Shown piece after piece: positions 25,264 to 32,000 of a stretch of 32,000 nucleotides of DNA; position 1 is the first letter of the stretch, and each line of letters opens with the position of its first letter. The notes beneath the pieces were generated by a model. The model was given only the letters and a program-made list of their open reading frames with translations, had not been told where the DNA came from and made no database searches. Origin of the DNA: Opitutales bacterium (GTDB lineage: Bacteria; Verrucomicrobiota; Verrucomicrobiia; Opitutales; PNEW01); the NCBI GenBank assembly GCA_965219535.1, contig CBDCNV010000002.1, positions 930,001 through 962,000 on the forward strand. The letters are read 5' to 3'. The translations under genes and the position numbers were made by a program.

Positions 25264-25980
25264 ATGAATATAATTCTTATGGGTTGCGAGTATGTGGGGA
25301 AATCAACACTCGCTAAAGAAATAGGGGAATGGATTATAGAAAAGACGGGGACACCTTACGTTCGCTGGCACGATCATTTTGTATTGCCGCAAATTGATCA
25401 CCACCTGGTAGTAAGGAAGGGGAACGATGAGAGCATCGTTGTTCCAGGCGAGAATAAGGAGCCGATCACCGAAATCGAGGAAGAGCAGTTACTGTCTTTA
25501 TCACCTATCCTTCGCGAGCAATTTCATCGCTACTTAATTTGGCGCCACCTTCACACTGACGTGTTGCTGGAAGAGGATTACCTCTTGATAAATTTTTACT
25601 ATGCTGACGCGGTGTATGCGACGCTCTATTACGGCTTTGGTGAAGCGGGTAGTTTTTCCGACCGTCGTGTAAGAGCTCGAGCATGGGATAGAGAATTCTT
25701 GAAACTGGCGCCGGACACCCTGCTTGTTTTAGTGAAAGCTTCACCAGAAGTCGTTGTATCCCGTATGAAAGAGGATCCGCGTCCTCGCTGCCTATTAAAA
25801 GAGGAAGATGTGCCCGAAGTGCTTAATCGTTTTGAAGAGGAGTATAACGATTCGTTAATTCGAAATAGATTTGTCCTGGATACGACGGAAGATTCACCGC
25901 GCGAATCCTTTAACCATTTTCCCCAGCAGATCGAGAGTAAACTCACACCCAAAGACCATAAACGTTTAGTTAGCGGATGA
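25264..25980 (+). CDS. P-loop NTPase / putative small-molecule kinase (unassigned family)
   Basis: 238-aa ORF with Walker A at the extreme N-terminus (ILMGCEYVGKST). Its stop overlaps the next start (ATGA at 25977-25980). Confidence 0.65.
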   Translation: MNIILMGCEYVGKSTLAKEIGEWIIEKTGTPYVRWHDHFVLPQIDHHLVVRKGNDESIVVPGENKEPITEIEEEQLLSLSPILREQFHRYLIWRHLHTDVLLEEDYLLINFYYADAVYATLYYGFGEAGSFSDRRVRARAWDREFLKLAPDTLLVLVKASPEVVVSRMKEDPRPRCLLKEEDVPEVLNRFEEEYNDSLIRNRFVLDTTEDSPRESFNHFPQQIESKLTPKDHKRLVSG

Positions 25981-26999
25981 AAGCGATTGTTACAGCTAGG
26001 CCCGGAGATTTCAGTCTGATTGAAAGGCCGGTCCCTGAACCGGCTGAGGATGAAGTTCGTTTAAAGATAGCTAACGCGGGAATTTGCCGGAATGATTTGC
26101 GAATCCAAAAAGGAATTCACGATTCGATAAATTATCCACTTATACCCGGTCATCAATTTTCAGGTGTGGTTGATACCTGTGGCTCAGCAGTTAAATTAGC
26201 TAAACCGGGAGATAAAGCTGCGGTTCATTCCTATGTCGTATGCGGGCAGTGCGCAGCGTGCCACATCGGGGACACCCATTATTGTGATACATTAAAAACC
26301 CTCGGTTTTACTCTCGACGGGGGCTTTGCGCAATACGGTGTTTTACCCGAGAGAAATCTATTTAAGCTTCCCGATAATGTGAATCTACTCGAGGGAGCGA
26401 TGGTCGAAAACCTGGCTAACGCAGTTGCGGTGATTGGTCAGTCGAATCTCAAGACGGGTGATAGTGTGGCAATCATCGGAGCGACCCCTATTGGATTAAT
26501 GGCGTTGCAGGTTGCGCGATTATCTTCACCTTCAACAATAGTTTTAGTCGGGAGTGGAATTAATCGATTAAGATTGGGACAGGGCCTGGGAGCGGATCAT
26601 ATTATCGATGTAAATAAGAGTGGATATGCTGAGGATCTTAAAGAAATTATTAAAGGTTTCGACGTCGTCATCGTATGCGGAAAAACCAAAGATGAACTAA
26701 AACTCGCCATGGATATCGCCGGGTGGCGCGGGCGGATTGTCGTTGAAGGCCATTACGATCCGGATGTCGAAATAGATTTTTCACCCTTTAAACTCCTGGT
26801 AGAACATGCGGTGAGTCTTCAGGCAAACTGTGGCTGGCTGACGCCCGATTTTCATCGGGCACTCCAATTGCTGGAGAGAGAAGAGATAAATGTTAAATCA
26901 ATTATCACGCACACTTTTCCTTTGGAGGATTGGGAAAAAGGGTTTAATGTATTCTCCAGTGGGGAAAATCAATCCATTCAAGTGATGTTGAGTATGTGA
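25977..26999 (+). CDS. Zinc-dependent alcohol/polyol dehydrogenase (MDR; sorbitol/threonine dehydrogenase-like)
   Basis: 340-aa ORF with catalytic zinc ligands in context (GICRND, GHQFSG), the structural-zinc cluster CGQCAACHIGDTHYC and a Rossmann IIGATPIG. Confidence 0.9.
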   Translation: MKAIVTARPGDFSLIERPVPEPAEDEVRLKIANAGICRNDLRIQKGIHDSINYPLIPGHQFSGVVDTCGSAVKLAKPGDKAAVHSYVVCGQCAACHIGDTHYCDTLKTLGFTLDGGFAQYGVLPERNLFKLPDNVNLLEGAMVENLANAVAVIGQSNLKTGDSVAIIGATPIGLMALQVARLSSPSTIVLVGSGINRLRLGQGLGADHIIDVNKSGYAEDLKEIIKGFDVVIVCGKTKDELKLAMDIAGWRGRIVVEGHYDPDVEIDFSPFKLLVEHAVSLQANCGWLTPDFHRALQLLEREEINVKSIITHTFPLEDWEKGFNVFSSGENQSIQVMLSM

Positions 27000-27042
27000 T
27001 CCAAATCGAAAAAAATTAAAAACGTATATACTGAAATTATAA

Positions 27043-27903
27043 ATGTTTATAAATTTATCACCTGGGGCATTAGGTTTGAAAGTAAACTTGGCGGAGACGA
27101 TCCGACTCGCGAAGGATCATGGTTTCGAAGGGATTGATCTACCACTCAAGGAGGTCGCAGCCTTACCGCACCCTGAGCAAGCCGCTGAACAAGTACAGGC
27201 AGCGGGACTTCAATGGGGTGGATTTTCTCTCCCCGTCAATTACCGCAAGGACGATGCGACGTATGATGCTGACATGGCTCGCCTGGAAAAATGGTTACCC
27301 CTCGCGCAACAATTCGGTTGCACACGGTGTTTCACCCCAATAAAGCCAGGTGATGATGAATTAGATTATAGCGCTTGTTTTGATTTGCATGTCAGACGCC
27401 TGAAACCGATAGCTGCTCTTCTGGCGCAGCATGAAGTCCGTTTTGGCCTGGAATTTATTGGACCCAAAACACTGCGCGACGAAATGCGTCATACTTTTAT
27501 TTACACGATCGGAGGGATGCTGGAGTTGTGTAATGCAATCGCGGTAGACCCTCAGTATAACAAAGAACTGATCGGTGTTCTGCTCGACAGCTATCACTGG
27601 TGGACAAGTGGGGCGACAGAATCAGACCTGCTGGATTTACTTAATAATGACAATATTGTCTACGTTCACGTCAATGACGGTCGCCCCGGCCGCAGCCGCG
27701 ATGAACAGATGGATCTTGAAAGAACGCTACCCTGCGAGAGCGGACTGATCGACTCAGCCACATTCATACGCTGTCTCAAGGAGCTGAATTACGATGGCCC
27801 ATTGACGGCCGAGCCATTTCTACCGGAGTTGGTAGAAATGGACATCGACGCAGCGGTCGAGCGTACGGCTCAAACGATACGGCAAATGATGGCAACTGCG
27901 TAA
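27043..27903 (+). CDS. Xylose-isomerase-like TIM-barrel sugar (phosphate) isomerase/epimerase, IolI-like (inosose isomerase family)
   Basis: 286-aa ORF. GLEFIG, IGVLLDSYHWW, VYVHVND and GPLTAEPF resemble Bacillus IolI segments as I recall them. It lies directly upstream of iolG. Confidence 0.7.
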   Translation: MFINLSPGALGLKVNLAETIRLAKDHGFEGIDLPLKEVAALPHPEQAAEQVQAAGLQWGGFSLPVNYRKDDATYDADMARLEKWLPLAQQFGCTRCFTPIKPGDDELDYSACFDLHVRRLKPIAALLAQHEVRFGLEFIGPKTLRDEMRHTFIYTIGGMLELCNAIAVDPQYNKELIGVLLDSYHWWTSGATESDLLDLLNNDNIVYVHVNDGRPGRSRDEQMDLERTLPCESGLIDSATFIRCLKELNYDGPLTAEPFLPELVEMDIDAAVERTAQTIRQMMATA

Positions 27904-27923
27904 GCAAACGACACCTGGGTGCT

Positions 27924-28946
27924 ATGTCAAAAATTACTGGTTCACTGGGAATTGGCGTCATAGGTACCGGGGGTATGGGAGGGCGCCATGCCGGTAATAT
28001 ATACGAGAGAATAAACGGTGCACATCTCGCGGGTGTGTTTGATAATGATGGGGAGAGAGCGAATACAGTCGCGTCCACCTGCGGTAATGTTCCCGTTTTC
28101 GCATCTGGGGAAGACCTGATTGAAAATGAACATGTCGATGCGGTACCCATCGCGACACCCGATGAGACACACGCAGCAATAACCTTACTCTGTATTGAAG
28201 AGCGTAAACCGGTACTCTGCGAGAAACCTCTAGCCACTGCTATCACGGATGCAAGCAAGGTGATTGATGCTGAATGCGCTGCACAAAGGAGATTAGTCAT
28301 GGTCGGATTTATGCGCCGATTCGATGCTCCACACTTCGCGCTCAAAGAAGCCATTGATCGGGGAGAAATTGGCAGACCCATACTCTTCAAGGGAGTCCAT
28401 CGCAACCGTGAGGCACCCTCTGATTTCAAAAGAGAGATGCTATTCTATCAGTCAGCGATCCATGATATCGACTCTATGCGATGGCTTATGGGATGTGAAG
28501 TAGAGGAAGTCACGGTTCGTGGAACGCATGTCGATCCGAGCGTCGATGCAAACGCAAGGGATATAGCATTGATAACGATGACATTGCGCGGTGGTGGATT
28601 GGCGACAATCGAAGCATACGTTTCAGCGAGTTATGGCTATGAAGTATCTGCGGAAGTTGTCGGCGATGAAGGGACGATTACCACCAATCAACCCGATCAA
28701 GTTCTTAAACGAACAAAAGGGGCACGCTTAGTTAAAGTCCCGGAGGAATGGCTGGCTCGTTTTGATTTGGCTTACATTAACGAACTGAATCATTGGGTGA
28801 AATCCCTGAGGGAAGAAACGACGGTGGGTGCGAATGCCTGGGATGGCTACACCGCGTTGCTTGTTGCCGATGCCTGCATTCAATCACTGAACTCAGGACA
28901 ACCCGTTAGTGTTTCAATTCCCGAGAAACCAGAAATTTATCATTAA
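27924..28946 (+). CDS. iolG: myo-Inositol 2-dehydrogenase (Gfo/Idh/MocA family, IolG)
   Basis: 340-aa ORF. GIGVIGTGGMGGRHA, CEKPLA, VGFMRRFD, HRN, YGYEVSAEVVGDEG, AWDGY and a C-terminal EKPEIY track Bacillus IolG along its full length. Confidence 0.88.
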   Translation: MSKITGSLGIGVIGTGGMGGRHAGNIYERINGAHLAGVFDNDGERANTVASTCGNVPVFASGEDLIENEHVDAVPIATPDETHAAITLLCIEERKPVLCEKPLATAITDASKVIDAECAAQRRLVMVGFMRRFDAPHFALKEAIDRGEIGRPILFKGVHRNREAPSDFKREMLFYQSAIHDIDSMRWLMGCEVEEVTVRGTHVDPSVDANARDIALITMTLRGGGLATIEAYVSASYGYEVSAEVVGDEGTITTNQPDQVLKRTKGARLVKVPEEWLARFDLAYINELNHWVKSLREETTVGANAWDGYTALLVADACIQSLNSGQPVSVSIPEKPEIYH

Positions 28947-29043
28947 TTAGGGGGAGAAAAAATCTCCGAATAATAGCGGATAACACGAGAGGAAAAAGGG
29001 GTCAGCTGATAGTGAACGAAAATATGAATGGAGAATTAATACT

Positions 29044-29856
29044 ATGAAATGGGAGAAATTAAGCGCGGAAGAATTTGAAGCAGGAGTCAATAAATGTGGC
29101 GGGATGTGTATTCTACCGATTGGTGTGTTGGAATACCATGGTGCGCAGCTGCCGCTGGGGACGGACTTGTATCGAGCGCACGGTATGGCTTGTGCGGTCG
29201 CTGCCGTGGAACCGGCAATTGTATTTCCGAAATATCCATTTACGGCAAATTTTGAAACAAAAGCCTATCCCGGTGGGATCGTCATCAATAATCGATTGAT
29301 TTTTGAACTACTGGAAAACGTTTGTGACGAAATATCCCGCAATGGTCTGCATAAGATACTTCTCATTAGTGGACACGGCGGCAATAAATGGTTTTTACCG
29401 CAATTTGTCATGTCGATGTTGGATAAAAAAAAGGATTACATTCTTTATTACGCTGACGCGCGCGGACAAGACCCCGATGCCGTGGGTGGCTACATGGACA
29501 AGGATTTATTTAACGCAACTTTCGATTCGGTAGATTACGGACACGCGGATGAGTGGGAGGCCAGTGAAATGCTACACATTCATCCAGAGCTTGTGCATAT
29601 GGATAAAGCAGCCGAGGTGAATGAGCCCCCTCGCGATCGCTTGAAGCATTTGCCCAATACTTACACTTCGATGGACTGGTTTTCACGCCAACCCGATTTG
29701 ACGCGAGGGACACCTGGTCTCGCGACGGCAGAGAAAGGGAAAATATTCTGGGAACAACAGATAAAAACGCTCGCTTCCCTGGTCAAAGCGATAAAGGAAG
29801 ACAAAGTTGCAAAAGAACTTTACGAAGAATTTAATAAACGAATATATCGAAAATAA
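29044..29856 (+). CDS. Creatininase-family metal-dependent hydrolase
   Basis: 270-aa ORF. LPIGVLEYHGAQLPLGTD and ISGHGGN are creatinine-amidohydrolase family signatures. Confidence 0.85.
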   Translation: MKWEKLSAEEFEAGVNKCGGMCILPIGVLEYHGAQLPLGTDLYRAHGMACAVAAVEPAIVFPKYPFTANFETKAYPGGIVINNRLIFELLENVCDEISRNGLHKILLISGHGGNKWFLPQFVMSMLDKKKDYILYYADARGQDPDAVGGYMDKDLFNATFDSVDYGHADEWEASEMLHIHPELVHMDKAAEVNEPPRDRLKHLPNTYTSMDWFSRQPDLTRGTPGLATAEKGKIFWEQQIKTLASLVKAIKEDKVAKELYEEFNKRIYRK

Positions 29857-29863
29857 TCAGCGC

Positions 29864-31279
29864 TTATCCTTCGATTTCGCTTTCATCTTTGAGCATGCGT
29901 ATGGTTTTACGAAAAGCATCGACCGTAGTTTTCCTGTCCTCGTCAGTGTGGACAGCAGAGACCGGAGCCCCCGGCCAAGACTGAATTTCAACGCCGTGCA
30001 AAAGTATACCGATCCGTAATTTTTTTAGCAGAGTTGGTTTCGCCGGGGCGCGCAAGGTAAAATAATCAAATTTACCCGACTCAATTTCTTCGCGGCTCGT
30101 TTCGATATTGTCAGGGTTGAGAAAGACATGGAATCCGCCGTAAGTTCCATAGGATATCCAGTTCAACTCTTCTTCTTTGAATACCTGGTTTAATTCATCT
30201 TGCAATTGTCTTCCGTAATTGATGGCGCGCTCGCAAACATCCGTGGATTTCACAATCTCGAGGGCCGCAATTCCCGCAACGCAGGAAGTAGGCATTGCGT
30301 TATAGGTGCCTTGATGTCCGATCTTTTCAATATTCGCATTTTTTGCGTGTTTGAAATCCAGGAGATCGAGGATATCTTTTCTTCCCACGATAGCGGCGCC
30401 ATGCATACCTGCCGAGATAATTTTCCCCAGCGAGGTCAGGTCGGGTGTGATTCCCAATGCACCTTGAAGGCCGCCGGGGGAACAGCGGAAGCCGCAAATG
30501 ACCTCATCAAAAAAAAGTAGGATATCTCGTTTTGCTGTTATTTCGCGCAACGATTGAAGAAAAGCCTTGGTTACCGGTACCTGGCCCCAGCTTGAACCAG
30601 TCGGTTCCAGGATCACGGCTGCGATATCATCATGTGATTCAATAATACGTCGCGTCTCTTCGATATCCCAGGGGGGTGCAATAACTACATTATCCGCAAT
30701 TTCAGGTAATATGCCGGTTGTGGGTGTGCCATCGAAATGAGAAGCAAATCCGAACGACACATGATCTTGCCAACCGTGAAAATGGCCAGTGAAGCGAAGA
30801 ATTTTATTGCGACCGGTGAAAGCGCGCGCCAAGCGCAATCCTAAAAGCGTTGCTTCGGTTCCAGAATTAGTGAGACGCACGCGTTCGGCGCAGGGTATCA
30901 TTTCCTGGATAAGTGTTCCCCACTTTACTTCCAATTCATGAGAGGCCCCGTAGTGTGTTCCATTACCTATTTGCTTTTCAACGGCTTCGACTAAGGCTGG
31001 ATGGGCGTGACCCAAGAGCAGGGCACCGTGACCTCCGGTATAATCGACATATTCATTTCCGTCTACATCCCACTTGTGTGAACCTCGAGCGCGGTTTACA
31101 TAAATGCCATAGGGCTCGACATTGCGTACATCGTGAGTGATACCGCTGGGAAAAATCTCTCTCGCGCGTTCAGCCAACTGCGCTGAACCTGGGGTCTTTC
31201 GGCAATACTCTTCGACGATAGGGGAGTCGATTAAATCTTCCGGTACCAGTGGGGACAAGGGTTTTGTGATAGAAGCCAT
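29864..31279 (-). CDS. Class III PLP-dependent aminotransferase (glutamate-1-semialdehyde aminomutase-like)
   Basis: 471-aa ORF with GGHGALLLGHAHP, TNSGTEATLLGLRLAR, DEVICGFR and SLGKIISAG (PLP lysine). Confidence 0.88.
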   Translation of the reverse strand: MASITKPLSPLVPEDLIDSPIVEEYCRKTPGSAQLAERAREIFPSGITHDVRNVEPYGIYVNRARGSHKWDVDGNEYVDYTGGHGALLLGHAHPALVEAVEKQIGNGTHYGASHELEVKWGTLIQEMIPCAERVRLTNSGTEATLLGLRLARAFTGRNKILRFTGHFHGWQDHVSFGFASHFDGTPTTGILPEIADNVVIAPPWDIEETRRIIESHDDIAAVILEPTGSSWGQVPVTKAFLQSLREITAKRDILLFFDEVICGFRCSPGGLQGALGITPDLTSLGKIISAGMHGAAIVGRKDILDLLDFKHAKNANIEKIGHQGTYNAMPTSCVAGIAALEIVKSTDVCERAINYGRQLQDELNQVFKEEELNWISYGTYGGFHVFLNPDNIETSREEIESGKFDYFTLRAPAKPTLLKKLRIGILLHGVEIQSWPGAPVSAVHTDEDRKTTVDAFRKTIRMLKDESEIEG

Positions 31280-31289
31280 GATGCATCCT

Positions 31290-32000
31290 TTATTTGCCAG
31301 CTATTTGTTTTTTAATTTTATCGATTTGATTTTTAAATTCGTCGCGCGCTGCAATGCATTTCTCTTTTGTGGGGTTATCACTTTTCACCGTTTCAAGGAT
31401 TACTCCCTCTGCAGCGATAAAATCACCCGCTACATCGGCAACTTCTGAAGCGATCTCAAGAGGAATGGTCGTGACGCCATTATGATCACCGTGGATAAGA
31501 TCATTGGGATTGATCACCGTGCCACCCACTTTGATTTGCACACATATTTGAGGTATTTGTCCATAACCATGGGAACAATTAGTGCCATTGGTGAATACGG
31601 GGAAGCCAATTTCTCTAACCTGATCCAGATCACGACCAGCTCCGCTTGTTACAAGCCCCACCGCGCCAAAAGCTTTATAGGTATTACACATAATGTCACC
31701 AAATGTCGCGGCGACGGTGGGTACATCCAGGTCCTGAAAGATAATGACTGCGGGCCCGGATAATTCTTCGAACCGATCGATCTGCTCGAGCAATTTATCA
31801 TAGGGTCCTCTATCATTATGAGGCGCAGCTGAACGATAAGTCGCGGTAGAGGCAAAACCTACCATGGGGGGGAGTTCATGGAAACAGGATTTTATGCCCT
31901 GGTCCATGTATCCCGCGGTAAATGGGCGGACATCGAATAGCTCGATGACGTTGCAAATTGTGGCAGTGTCGATCTGGCGTAATTTATCTAAAACATTATT
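31290..32000 (-). CDS. RraA-like protein (RraA / HMG-CHA aldolase / oxaloacetate decarboxylase family). The N-terminus lies beyond the window end.
   Basis: The track ORF is 31290-31907, but the frame stays open to 32000. Hand translation gives ...NNVLDKLRQIDTATICNVIELFDVRPFTAGYMDQ.... The family motif is GAVGLVTSGAGRD. Confidence 0.82.
   Translation of the reverse strand, partial: NNVLDKLRQIDTATICNVIELFDVRPFTAGYMDQGIKSCFHELPPMVGFASTATYRSAAPHNDRGPYDKLLEQIDRFEELSGPAVIIFQDLDVPTVAATFGDIMCNTYKAFGAVGLVTSGAGRDLDQVREIGFPVFTNGTNCSHGYGQIPQICVQIKVGGTVINPNDLIHGDHNGVTTIPLEIASEVADVAGDFIAAEGVILETVKSDNPTKEKCIAARDEFKNQIDKIKKQIAGK

Noticed and set aside
27776-28429. A 217-aa minus-strand ORF, plus other long antisense ORFs: 1374-1793(+), 2905-3267(+), 23428-23865(-), 24235-24705(-), 18493-18888(-), 25629-25952(-) and 30200-30520(+)
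   Set aside because: Each lies entirely inside a confidently assigned gene on the opposite strand. They show Ser/Arg/Pro-rich shadow-frame composition and no recognisable motifs.
29854-29866. Convergent stop codons only 7 nt apart (creatininase-family gene versus aminotransferase), leaving no room for terminators
   Set aside because: This is noted, but it is common in compact genomes. Termination probably occurs inside the opposing gene, and the sequence gives nothing further to support a special mechanism.

Overview
This 32-kb window of bacterial chromosome holds about 35 protein genes and no rRNA, tRNA or CRISPR array. The gene content (DUF2961/GH172, DUF3179, Gfo/Idh/MocA, xylose-isomerase-like TIM barrels, an IS200-like RAYT) suggests a PVC-type (Planctomycetota/Verrucomicrobiota-like) heterotroph, but that is inference only. 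The left part (1-13.7 kb) is an accessory-looking block, almost entirely on the minus strand. It carries an SDR epimerase, a Zn-ADH, seven GNAT N-acetyltransferases, two SAM methyltransferases, a VOC/glyoxalase protein, an MFS exporter and a chloramphenicol-phosphotransferase-like kinase. A divergent DUF2961/DUF3179 pair and a single IS200-like/REP-associated tyrosine transposase (RAYT, 5795-6259) interrupt the block. The RAYT sits inside a tandem array of six distinct hairpin modules (5696-6775). The middle (13.8-18.2 kb) holds a two-gene membrane/ankyrin pair, a 1.1-kb non-coding patch made of repeats, rsgA, an internally deleted epimerase pseudogene and another membrane protein. The right part (18.3-29.9 kb) is an 11-gene co-directional carbohydrate locus centred on myo-inositol catabolism (iolD-iolE-iolA, then an IolI-like protein and iolG). 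The window contains no iolB, iolC or iolJ. Instead it has a small cupin, an HpcH aldolase, a 2-hydroxyacid dehydrogenase, a P-loop protein, a Zn-ADH and a creatininase-family hydrolase. At least three families of hairpin repeats (RAYT-array modules, about 66-bp 'GTCATTGCGAGG...CCAGGG' units in inverted doublets, and GGTGGA...TCCACC mini-elements) recur at the large intergenic gaps, including the two gaps that split the inositol locus. The most interesting item is the RAYT with its multi-hairpin composite array and dispersed derivatives. The second is the hybrid, incomplete inositol pathway. All calls come from reading the sequence and the ORF track by eye; no searches were run.
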